NCBI GenBank assembly: GCA_001788415.1
Contig: MGBV01000193.1
Span: forward strand, 1 to 43,878
Origin: Candidatus Rokubacteria bacterium GWC2_70_16
GTDB taxonomy: Bacteria > Methylomirabilota > Methylomirabilia > Rokubacteriales > CSP1-6
Direction of reading: 5' to 3'
Length of the DNA: 43,878 nt
Part shown: piece by piece, positions 8,387 to 16,131 of the stretch
Position numbering within the stretch: position 1 is the stretch's first letter
How the letters are laid out: every line of letters begins with the position of its first letter
Notes under the pieces: generated by a model
The model's database searches: none
What the model was told of the DNA's origin: nothing
The model's input: the letters and a program-made list of their open reading frames with translations, nothing else
Made by a program: the position numbers and the translations under genes

Positions 8387-9274
8387 TCAGAGGAGGATGC
8401 CCTGCTCGGTGACCCGGTACTCGGCGATCTCGTCGCTCATGGCGCTGCCGCGATGCTTGACCACGGCCAGGAAACGCCCGATGCGACTGCCCACGCGCTC
8501 GCTGCCCATGACGAGGATCGTGTTGGCGACGGCCCCGATGTCCCCGCTGGCCACCTTGCGCCCGATCAGGTGCTCGAGCTGGGTCTCCTCTGTCGTGACC
8601 AGGAGGAGGGTCGTCACCTGCGCGTGGTCGTACCGGTGGGCGTCGATGAACTCGCGATGCTTCCACACGGGCAGGCAGATCTCCATGCCGAGGGTCTCGC
8701 TGTCGCGGTGGATCACCTTGCGGTAGAGATCGTCGAAGATATACGGCTGGATGTAGTCGTCCGGGACGTCCATGGGCTCGACGCCGTCCACGACGACGCG
8801 GCGGCTGCCGGCGCCCAGGTGGAAGTACACGAAGGGGCGGACGGTGTAGAGCGCGTGGTTGTAGACCGCCTTCCAGTTCCAGTCGAACTCGAAGCCGTCG
8901 ATGGTGGACACCTGGTAGTCGCGCAGCTTGCCCGCCCACGGCAGCGCGTCGCAGTAGAAGGCCTGCATCTGCTCGGCGGGCGGATACGGGTCCATCATGG
9001 GCGTGACCGTGTGGGTCCACCGCTTGAGATCCCATCCGAAGAGGCGCGCCGCGTAGGCGTGGTGCTGCTGGGAGTCGCCGCGGGCGTTCATGTCGAAGAC
9101 GAGCCCGGGGGCGCTGTCCGCGACGCGGCCGTGGCTGCCGAAGGTGAGGCCCAGATGGGTCTTGCCGATGCCGGTGGCCCCGTAGGCCACCGTGAGGGTT
9201 CCGGGCAGGAGCCCGCCGCCCAGCATGTCGTCGAGCCGCGGCAGGCCCGTGGAGACGCGCGCCGTCATCGCCAC
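8387..9274 (-). CDS. KaiC/RecA-superfamily ATPase, single domain
   Basis: GLPRLDDMLGGGLLPGTLTVAYGATGIGKTHLGLTF (Walker A), RRVVVDGVEP (Walker B-like) and C-terminal LAVVKHRGSAMSDEIAEYRVTEQGI, typical of KaiC-like ATPases. Start is GTG 9274 or ATG 9268. Confidence 0.8.
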   Translation of the reverse strand: MAMTARVSTGLPRLDDMLGGGLLPGTLTVAYGATGIGKTHLGLTFGSHGRVADSAPGLVFDMNARGDSQQHHAYAARLFGWDLKRWTHTVTPMMDPYPPAEQMQAFYCDALPWAGKLRDYQVSTIDGFEFDWNWKAVYNHALYTVRPFVYFHLGAGSRRVVVDGVEPMDVPDDYIQPYIFDDLYRKVIHRDSETLGMEICLPVWKHREFIDAHRYDHAQVTTLLLVTTEETQLEHLIGRKVASGDIGAVANTILVMGSERVGSRIGRFLAVVKHRGSAMSDEIAEYRVTEQGILL

Positions 9275-9349
9275 CGGATTGTACGGGGGCCCCGCGGCAC
9301 GGTCAAGCCGCCAGCGCCCGGCGACCGCCGCGGAGCGCCCGGTCGTGGC

Positions 9350-9377
9350 TTGACTCGGACGGGGGGCGGATCATACT
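9350..9377 (+). promoter_or_regulatory. Candidate sigma70-type promoter giving a (near-)leaderless HD-GYP transcript
   Basis: TTGACT (9350-9355), 16-nt spacer, CATACT (9372-9377). The ATG at 9386 lies only 8 nt after the -10 element and no SD is visible. Confidence 0.3.
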
Positions 9378-9385
9378 CTCGCTGC

Positions 9386-11290
9386 ATGCCTCGCCGAATC
9401 GTGTGGTATCCGGACGGCTCGCCGGTCGCGCAGCTGGCGGCCGCGCTGCCCGCGCCCTTCGAGGGGCACCCGCTCTCCGAGGCCCCGACGCTGAGGAGTC
9501 GGGCCGGCGACCCCGAGATCCTGGTGCTGGACGCCGATCACGATCCGCTGGACGCCGCCAGGGTCCTCGGCGAGCGGGCCAACTCCGTGCTCGTGGTGGG
9601 CCTCGTCTCGCCCCAGGACGACGGGCCCCGCTGGCCCATGTCGTGGTACGCGTACCTCCCCAGGCCGGTGACGCCGGGGGTGCTCGCAAAGACGCTCGAG
9701 AACGCCGCCGACCACCTCCGGCTCACCCTCGAGGCCGAGCAGACCCGGAAGGAGCTCGAGGAGCTCAACGCCATCGGCGTGAGCCTGTCGGCGGAGCGCG
9801 ACACGGACGCCCTCCTCGCGCTCATCCTGACCAAGGCGCGCGCGATCACGAACAGCGACGCCGGCTCCATCTACCTCGTGGAGGAGCCCGAGGAGGGGCA
9901 GCGCCGGCTCCGCTTCAAGCTGGCGCAGAACGACTTCGTCCAGGTACCCTTCACCGAGTTCACCATGCCCATCAGCGAGGAGAGCGTCGCCGGGCACGTG
10001 GCGCTGAGCGGAGAGCTGCTCCACCTGGAGGACGCCTACGTCCCGCCCCCGGGCGCGCCCTACCAGATCAACCGCTCCTTCGACCAGCAGGTCGGCTACC
10101 GGACGAAATCAATGCTCGTGGTCGCCATGCGCACGCCCACGGGCGACACCATCGGGGTCCTGCAGCTGATCAACTGCAAGCGAGACGGGCACCGGCGCTT
10201 CCCGTCCGTCGAGGCCATCGAGAGGGAGGCCGTGCCCTACCCGGCGCGGTTCATCGGGCTGGCCGCCTCGCTCGCCTCGCAGGCGGCCGTGGCGCTCCAC
10301 AACAGCCGCCTGCTCGACAACATCCGGACGCTCTTCGAGGGCTTCGTCGCCGCCTCCGTGACGGCCATCGAGTCGCGCGATCCGACCACGTCGGGCCATT
10401 CCTTCCGGGTGGCCGACCTGACGGTGGCGCTGGCCGCGGCGGCGGATCGCGCGGACAGCGGCCCGTTCCGGGACTTGCGGTTCTCGCCCGACGAGATGAA
10501 GACCATCCGCTACGCCTCGCTCCTCCACGACTTCGGCAAGGTGGGCGTGCGCGAAGAGGTGCTGGTGAAGGCCAAGAAGCTCTACCCCGGGCACCTCGAG
10601 GTGATCGGCCAGCGGGTGGAGCTCATCAAGCGCGGCGTCCAGCTCCGCTACAGCCGCCGCCAGCTCGACCTGCTGCTGGGCGAGAGCCGGGAGCGCGTGC
10701 TGGAGGAAGTGGCCGTGGCCGACGCGGACCTGGCCGTGATCCTTCAGGAGCTGGACCAGCACCTCAAGGCCGTGGTGGCCGCCAACGAGCCCACCGTGAT
10801 GGCGGAGGACACCGCCTCCAGGATCAAGCACCTCGCCCTCACGAGCTTCATGGACCACCTGGGCGAGAGCCGGACGGTGATCACGCCGGAGGAGGCCCGG
10901 ATCCTGTCCATCGCCCGCGGCAGCCTGACGCCCGAGGAGTTCACGCAGATCCAGTCCCACGTGGTCCACACCTTCCAGTTCCTCTCCCAGATCCCGTGGA
11001 CCAGGGAGCTCAGGCTGGTGCCCGAGATCGCCCGGTCACACCACGAGAAGCTGAACGGGAGCGGGTACCCCAATCAGATCCAGGACGGCCAGATCCCGAT
11101 CCAGAGCCGGATGATGACCATCTCGGACATCTTCGACGCGCTCACCGCCAGCGACCGTCCCTACAAGGCGGCCGTGCCCGTGGACCGGGCGCTCGACATC
11201 CTCGGCTTCGAGCGCAAGTCGGGCGCCCTCGACTCCGACCTCCTGGAGCTGTTCATCGCCATCCGCCCCTGGGAGCGCCGCTCGCCCTAG
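9386..11290 (+). CDS. REC-like / GAF / HD-GYP domain protein (c-di-GMP phosphodiesterase family), 634 aa
   Basis: N-terminus resembles a receiver (ILVLDADHD, YLPRPVTPGVL). The GAF-like core runs from ITNSDAGSIYLV to GVLQLIN. HD (LLHDFGK) and HHEKLNGSGYP motifs are present, plus DIFDALTASDRPYK. Confidence 0.9.
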   Translation: MPRRIVWYPDGSPVAQLAAALPAPFEGHPLSEAPTLRSRAGDPEILVLDADHDPLDAARVLGERANSVLVVGLVSPQDDGPRWPMSWYAYLPRPVTPGVLAKTLENAADHLRLTLEAEQTRKELEELNAIGVSLSAERDTDALLALILTKARAITNSDAGSIYLVEEPEEGQRRLRFKLAQNDFVQVPFTEFTMPISEESVAGHVALSGELLHLEDAYVPPPGAPYQINRSFDQQVGYRTKSMLVVAMRTPTGDTIGVLQLINCKRDGHRRFPSVEAIEREAVPYPARFIGLAASLASQAAVALHNSRLLDNIRTLFEGFVAASVTAIESRDPTTSGHSFRVADLTVALAAAADRADSGPFRDLRFSPDEMKTIRYASLLHDFGKVGVREEVLVKAKKLYPGHLEVIGQRVELIKRGVQLRYSRRQLDLLLGESRERVLEEVAVADADLAVILQELDQHLKAVVAANEPTVMAEDTASRIKHLALTSFMDHLGESRTVITPEEARILSIARGSLTPEEFTQIQSHVVHTFQFLSQIPWTRELRLVPEIARSHHEKLNGSGYPNQIQDGQIPIQSRMMTISDIFDALTASDRPYKAAVPVDRALDILGFERKSGALDSDLLELFIAIRPWERRSP

Positions 11291-11305
11291 CGGCGGAGCC
11301 GCGCG

Positions 11306-12148
11306 ATGGTGACATCGGCGGGGATGCGCCCCAGGAAGCTCGCCTTCGAGCTCCGCGCGCGAGCGGGGCGGGTCCGCCGCCGCCTGAACTGGGCGCTGAG
11401 CTGGGCGCCCGGCCTCGCCCGCGGGCTGATCCCCTCGCCGCTGCGGGACCCCGCCGGCATGCGCGCCTATGGCCGCTACCTGGCGGGCAAGCGCGTGGCC
11501 CTGGTGGGGCCCGCGCCGACGATCGAGGGCTCCCTGCAGCGCGACCTCATCGAATCCCAGGACGTCGTGGTCCGGGTCAACCACGCCCTGCCCGTGCCCG
11601 CGCACCTGCAGCCCGACGTCGGGTGTCGCACCGATGTGCTGTATCACAACCTGTGGCGCGGCAGCCCGAGGGCCCGTCCGTTCCCCGAGCTCGTGGCCCT
11701 GCTCGACGGCCACGTCCAGTGGGTGTGCGCAGCATACCCGTACCTGAACCTGGACCACCCATTCGCCGACGATATCGACCGCTTCGTCACGGATCTGGCG
11801 GGCCGCGTGCCGTTCCACGTTCCCAGCAACCTGAGGTACCTGCGCACCTGGTGGGACTGCCGGACCCGGCCGAATGCCGGGGTCTCCGCCATCGCGGACC
11901 TCCTGAGCTTCGACATCGCGCGCCTCTACATCACCGGCTTCACCTTCTACGCCGGGGCCCAGGCCTACCACGCCGGCTATCGGGGGGCCGGCAGCGGGCC
12001 CGTCCACGATCAAGGCCGCCAGCGAGCCTTCGTCGCCCGCCTGCTGCGCACGGACGCGCGCCTGGTCGCGGACGAGGTGCTCGGCCAGATCCTCGCCGCC
12101 TCCCCTCCGACATCCCCCCTGGCCCCCACAGGAGATGGACAGCCATGA
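11306..12148 (+). CDS. Sialyltransferase-like glycosyltransferase (GT29/GT42-type motif pattern)
   Basis: GKRVALVGPAPTIEGS..DLIESQDVVVRVNH resembles sialyl motif L / the Cst N-terminus. RPNAGVSAIADLLSFDIARLYITGFTFY resembles motif S / the Cst SGIDFY block. A downstream VHDQ may hold the catalytic His. The stop overlaps the next ATG (ATGA). Confidence 0.6.
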   Translation: MVTSAGMRPRKLAFELRARAGRVRRRLNWALSWAPGLARGLIPSPLRDPAGMRAYGRYLAGKRVALVGPAPTIEGSLQRDLIESQDVVVRVNHALPVPAHLQPDVGCRTDVLYHNLWRGSPRARPFPELVALLDGHVQWVCAAYPYLNLDHPFADDIDRFVTDLAGRVPFHVPSNLRYLRTWWDCRTRPNAGVSAIADLLSFDIARLYITGFTFYAGAQAYHAGYRGAGSGPVHDQGRQRAFVARLLRTDARLVADEVLGQILAASPPTSPLAPTGDGQP

Positions 12149-12885
12149 ACGTCATCCTCCTCACCGGGCGTGGCGGGAGCAAGTCCGTCCCTGGCAAGAA
12201 CGTCTACCCTGTCCTCGGCCGCCCCCTCGCGTTCTATCCGATGACCGCGGCCAAGCGCGCCGGCAAGGTGGACCGCATCTGCGTCTCCACGGATTCCCCG
12301 GAGATCAAGCGCGTGGCCCAGGAGCTCGGCATCGAGATCATCGATCGGCCGCCGGAGCTGGCGCGGGACGACTCGGAGCTGGTGGACGCGCTCACCCACG
12401 CGATGGCGGTCATCGGCGGGGACATCCGCTACCTCATCACCATGCACTGCAACTGCGTGGTCCACCGGAACGGGCTCGTGGACGCCTGCATCACCATGAT
12501 GGATGAGCACCCCGAGGCCGACTCATGCGTCACCGGCTTCATCGACCAGTCCGTCCACCCCTATCGCACCAAGCGGATCGACGACGAGGGGTACCTGCAC
12601 CCCTGGCTAGAGATCCCCGAGGGGACGTCGACCAATCGCCAGGCCCTGGCCCCCTGCTTCATCCTCGACGGCGCGGCGCGCGTGCTCCGCGTGGAGCGGT
12701 GCTTCCCTCCCCGCGGGCAGCGGCCCTTCACCTACCTCGGACGGCGGATCCTCCACGTCCTCAACGACAGCGGGGGCGACGTCCACAGCCTCGACGACAT
12801 CGTTGCGGCGGAGCGCCTCCTTCGCCGGGCGGGCATCACGGAGGCCTCATCGGGGCGCGCGGCTCCCTCCGGGACTCCGGGCTAG
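12145..12885 (+). CDS. Acylneuraminate cytidylyltransferase family (CMP-nonulosonate / CMP-sugar synthetase)
   Basis: MNVILLTGRGGSKSVPGKNVYPVLGRPLAFY..VDRICVSTDSPEI..IDRPPELARDDS matches the CMP-NeuAc/CMP-Kdo synthetase N-terminal blocks. Confidence 0.85.
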   Translation: MNVILLTGRGGSKSVPGKNVYPVLGRPLAFYPMTAAKRAGKVDRICVSTDSPEIKRVAQELGIEIIDRPPELARDDSELVDALTHAMAVIGGDIRYLITMHCNCVVHRNGLVDACITMMDEHPEADSCVTGFIDQSVHPYRTKRIDDEGYLHPWLEIPEGTSTNRQALAPCFILDGAARVLRVERCFPPRGQRPFTYLGRRILHVLNDSGGDVHSLDDIVAAERLLRRAGITEASSGRAAPSGTPG

Positions 12886-13172
12886 CCGCCGAGCAGCCCC
12901 AGCACCACGCCCCAGGACACCACTCCCGCGAGCATCGCCACGCCGCCCAACCAGGGCTCGAGTCCGGAAGTCGTCTTCACGTGTTGAGGGGTGCGAGCAG
13001 AAAAAAAAGACATCCGCTCACACCGCCGGCGACGGGCCCCCGGGGTCACCCGTCGCGTGAACGGCGAGAGGCCGCGCGAGGGGACGTGGCCGCGCCCTGC
13101 GCGGGCGCGCGCGCGATACGCGCTGCGCTTCCTGCGAGCGAGCATGTCGGACCTCCTGTTCGACTGCGCCAT
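12882..13172 (-). CDS. Possible small membrane protein (96 aa, or 43 aa from ATG 13013)
   Basis: The ATG abuts the lexA stop (TAG-ATG). The C-terminal WLGGVAMLAGVVSWGVVLGLLGG is a glycine-zipper-like TM helix with high GC3. The N-terminal half is Arg-rich and could be non-coding. Confidence 0.25.
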   Translation of the reverse strand: MAQSNRRSDMLARRKRSAYRARARAGRGHVPSRGLSPFTRRVTPGARRRRCERMSFFSARTPQHVKTTSGLEPWLGGVAMLAGVVSWGVVLGLLGG

Positions 13173-13802
13173 CTAGACGCCCCGGAAGAGCCCCATCACC
13201 TTGCCGAGGATCCGGAAGTCCCGCCGTCCCGGCTCGATGACGATGGGCTTCATGGTGGGGTGCTCGGGCTTGAGCACGATGGCCTCCCCGGACCGGGCGA
13301 AGCGCTTGACGGTAGCCTCGCTGTCCAGGAGTGCGGCCACGATGTCGCCGGGCTGGGCTGCCTCCTGCCGGCGCACCAGGACCAGGTCGCCGTCCATGAT
13401 GTGCGCGTCGATCATGCTGTCGCCCCGCACCCGGAGTGCGAAGAGATCCTCGCCCTTGCCCTGCAGCCACTCGGCGGCCACCGGGATGCTCTCCTCCAGC
13501 GCCTGCTCGGCGTGGCGCGGCGTGCCGGCGGCGATCCGCCCCATCACGGGGATGTCGCGCACTGCGGGCTTGCGGGCTGGCGCCGGCCGGGTGAGCACGA
13601 GCGTGCGCGAGACACGCCGATCGCTGATCCGGCGCTGCAGCATGCCCTTGCGCTCGAGCGCCCGCAGGTGATCGAAGGCCGCGCGCGCCGTGAAGCCGAA
13701 ATGCTCCCCGATCTCCCGCACTGTGGGCGGCGCGCCGTGGCGCTCGGTGAACATCCGGATGAACCCCAGCACCTCGCGCTGCCTGACCGTCATCTCTCTC
13801 AT
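13173..13802 (-). CDS. lexA: LexA repressor (S24 peptidase)
   Basis: wHTH N-terminus (TVREIGEHFGF..AAFDHLRALERKG), cleavage site AAG (GRIAAGTP), Ser nucleophile in RVRGDSM, and Lys in TVKRF. Confidence 0.95.
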   Translation of the reverse strand: MREMTVRQREVLGFIRMFTERHGAPPTVREIGEHFGFTARAAFDHLRALERKGMLQRRISDRRVSRTLVLTRPAPARKPAVRDIPVMGRIAAGTPRHAEQALEESIPVAAEWLQGKGEDLFALRVRGDSMIDAHIMDGDLVLVRRQEAAQPGDIVAALLDSEATVKRFARSGEAIVLKPEHPTMKPIVIEPGRRDFRILGKVMGLFRGV

Positions 13803-13846
13803 GCGCCCCTGTCCCCCTCCTCCCGGGAATGAAACAACTCAACAGG

Positions 13847-13875
13847 ATCATAGTCAACACCCGTTGAGTTTTCAA
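13847..13875 (-). promoter_or_regulatory. lexA promoter (TTGAAA-N17-TATGAT)
   Basis: Minus strand reads TTGAAA (13875-13870), a 17-nt spacer, then TATGAT (13852-13847). A GGGAGGAGGGGGA SD precedes the ATG at 13802. Confidence 0.5.
13852..13869. promoter_or_regulatory. Candidate LexA operator, palindrome AGTCAAC-N4-GTTGAGT
   Basis: 7-bp arms with one mismatch fill the spacer between the -35 and -10 elements. An extra half-site AACTCAAC sits at 13836-13843, just downstream of the -10. Confidence 0.45.
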
Positions 13876-13885
13876 AGCAAAAAAA

Positions 13886-14362
13886 TCAGGCCGCCTCCCA
13901 GGGGTCGCAGACGGGACAGACGAGGAACCCGGCCTCCTTGGCATCGGCGACCCGCTTGAAGTACAGCCGCTCGGGCTCCGCCACCTGCCTGGCCCACCCG
14001 CAGGCGCGGGAATGGAAGAGCTTCGCTCCGCGCTGGGCCAGAAAGGGCTCGCCGGCCGGCTCCTCCGGCGTCGGCGGCGCGTCGGAGCCCGACACCGCAG
14101 CAGGTGCCTCGGCCGTGGCGGGCGTGGGGGCGGCGGGCGCCGGCTCCACCGGAGCGGGCTCGGGGAAGGGGCTCGGCACGGGGTCGGGGGAATTGATCTC
14201 GAGGTTGGTCTCGATGGTGGAGCGGAACTCCTCGCTGGCCCGCCTGAATTCCCGCATCGCGCGGCCCAGGGACCGACCGAGCTGCGGCAGGTTCCTGGGG
14301 CCGAAGACCAGCAGGGCGAGGACGAAGATGACGACGAGCTCCTGGAGGCCGATGTCGAACAT
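13886..14362 (-). CDS. Tat translocase TatA/TatB-family subunit fused to a C-terminal Ada-like Zn-ribbon motif
   Basis: N-terminus [42 protein letters not shown] (TM plus amphipathic helix). A Pro/Ala-rich linker follows. C-terminus [39 protein letters not shown] (H-x3-C ... C-x2-C). Confidence 0.85.
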   Translation of the reverse strand: MFDIGLQELVVIFVLALLVFGPRNLPQLGRSLGRAMREFRRASEEFRSTIETNLEINSPDPVPSPFPEPAPVEPAPAAPTPATAEAPAAVSGSDAPPTPEEPAGEPFLAQRGAKLFHSRACGWARQVAEPERLYFKRVADAKEAGFLVCPVCDPWEAA

Positions 14363-14412
14363 GGCGGTGTCTGCTCAGCGCTCGATGATACCACCGGCCC
14401 GTGACCCGGAGG

Positions 14413-16131
14413 TCAGAACGTCCCTCCGCCGCCTCCGCCCATCCCGCCCCCCGAGGATCCCCCGGAGAAACCGCCGCCGCTCCCGCCGCCTCCATCCCCT
14501 CCGCGGCGCGTGGTCGTGAAAGCCTCGGCCGTCTGACGTCCGAAGGCCCTCACCGCGGTGTCGTAGCGGGACAGGCTGAATCCGTCGGGCCCGCTGTACC
14601 AGGTGGGCTCGTCCACGGCAAGCCCCTCGAAGGCCGATACCCAGCGCTCCGACACCCCGAGCGCGATGGCCCACGGCAGGAACCGATGCAGCGTGTCGGA
14701 CGGCATGCGGGCCAGCCTGTCCTTCTCGGCGCGCTCGAGGAACTCCTGAAACCCCCGGACGTGGACCAGCGCCTGCACGCCGCGCCAGCTCTTCCGCGGC
14801 ATGAGGCGGGCCCAGGCGAGAATGACGAGGCCGCTGCCGCCGAGGCCCACCGCGGCGGGCAGGCCGGGAGCGGGCAGCCACGGCACCACCCGGAAGAAGA
14901 GGAGGAGCGCCGCGGCGACGACGGCCCCGCCCGCGACAGCCCAGGCCGCTCTCACCTTCTCCGGCGACGAGGCGAAGAGCCCGGCCCGCACGACAGCCCG
15001 GTAGATCTCCTCGCGGATGGGCGCGAAGACGCGGTCGGAGTCGCGGCGCACCTCGGAGAGCCGCCGCCGGCTGTCGCTCGGATCGCGGGCGTAGAGCCTG
15101 TCCATGAGGAATTGCTCGAAGGGCGTGAGCGGCGCAGTGCCCGGGGCGGGGCGGAGTCGGTGAAGGACGAAGTCGGTGTCGTCCGGCCCCGCCCCCACCC
15201 CCTCCACCCTGAGGTGGCCGCGCACGGCCAGGTCCACCAGCGTCGCCGCCACGTCGCGGGGCTCGGCGCGCTCGTCCACGAGCGTGCCGGCCTCGGCGGG
15301 GCTGAGCCCTTCGGGCGGCGCGTACTCCGGCTTCGCCGAGCGATTCGCCGCCGGGTCACGACCGTAGGCGCGCCACGCCACGAGGCCGAGGAGCAGGGTG
15401 AGCGGGGGCAGGCCCAGGGGCCAGTTGTCCAGGAAGAGCCAGCGCGCCTCCTGCCAGGTCGAGGGGCGCCCCACCAGGCCCGGCGGCCAGGCCAGCGCGA
15501 TCGTGAGCCCCTCCCGGGGGCGCAGCGGCCGGGTCGTCTTGAAGGTCACGAAGCGGTCGGCGCGCTCCTCGGCATAGTCCGTGCCGGTGGCCCCCCGCGG
15601 GCCCGTGTAGGCGACAGAGCGGATGGCATCCCCGGACACGCTCGCCGGCAACGACACGGTGGCCTCGGCGAGGCGGATCGGCACCTCCCACTCGTCACCC
15701 GTGACGTTCCAGTACAGCTCCTGGTGGTCGTCCACGTCCAGGAGCCCGCGACGGACACGGTAGAGGATGGTGACGGTCCGCTGGGCGTCCTGCGCTCCGG
15801 GCACCCACGCCTTGATCTTCACGTAGCGCCCCGGATACGACACCTCGGTGCGCAGCGGCCGGAACTCCTCGTCGAGCACCGTGATGCCGTCGAGCCGGAG
15901 CGTCCAGTCGAGCCCGCTCCGGACGTGGCGGATCGGGATCGTGCGGAAGATGCCGCTGTGAGAGCCGCGGAAGTGGAAGGTGATCGCCTCGCGGACGCTC
16001 ACGCTGCCGTCGGCGCGCACCTCGAGCGTGACGGCGAAGCGCTCGATGGAGAAGGAGCGCGGGGTCCCCTCCGCCCACGAGCCGGCCGCGACGAGGAGCA
16101 GCAGGGCGCCGAGAGCCCGCGTGGCCGTCAG
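14413..16131 (-). CDS. DUF2207-family membrane protein (start codon uncertain, probably CTG 16131)
   Basis: Signal-like TATRALGALLLLVAAGSWA, then FSIERFAVTLEVRADGSVSVREAITFHFRGSHSGIFRTIP, internal TM helices and a Gly-rich tail (GGDGGGGSGGGFSGG). No ATG, GTG or TTG lies near the N-terminus. Confidence 0.8.
   Translation of the reverse strand: MTATRALGALLLLVAAGSWAEGTPRSFSIERFAVTLEVRADGSVSVREAITFHFRGSHSGIFRTIPIRHVRSGLDWTLRLDGITVLDEEFRPLRTEVSYPGRYVKIKAWVPGAQDAQRTVTILYRVRRGLLDVDDHQELYWNVTGDEWEVPIRLAEATVSLPASVSGDAIRSVAYTGPRGATGTDYAEERADRFVTFKTTRPLRPREGLTIALAWPPGLVGRPSTWQEARWLFLDNWPLGLPPLTLLLGLVAWRAYGRDPAANRSAKPEYAPPEGLSPAEAGTLVDERAEPRDVAATLVDLAVRGHLRVEGVGAGPDDTDFVLHRLRPAPGTAPLTPFEQFLMDRLYARDPSDSRRRLSEVRRDSDRVFAPIREEIYRAVVRAGLFASSPEKVRAAWAVAGGAVVAAALLLFFRVVPWLPAPGLPAAVGLGGSGLVILAWARLMPRKSWRGVQALVHVRGFQEFLERAEKDRLARMPSDTLHRFLPWAIALGVSERWVSAFEGLAVDEPTWYSGPDGFSLSRYDTAVRAFGRQTAEAFTTTRRGGDGGGGSGGGFSGGSSGGGMGGGGGGTF

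Noticed and set aside
8210-9385. N-terminal 392-residue extension of the HD-GYP ORF. Analogous extensions occur on ORFs 9403..12885, 6632..8182, 14413..17421, 22968..24122, 25514..27565, 27562..28938, 29098..30477 and 31852..34044.
   Set aside because: The extensions overlap well-supported genes on the other strand or frame and have artefactual composition. Motif-bearing sequence begins at internal ATG/GTG codons with SD or xTGA coupling.
12991-13060. An A8/T8 tract (13001-13010) with the nearby stem GCGACGGG..CCCGTCGC (about 13029-13056), considered as an intrinsic terminator for lexA.
   Set aside because: On the lexA strand the hairpin and the T-run are separated by about 18 nt, and the alternative stem around the T-run has a mismatch. 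The geometry is non-canonical, so it is not called as a terminator.
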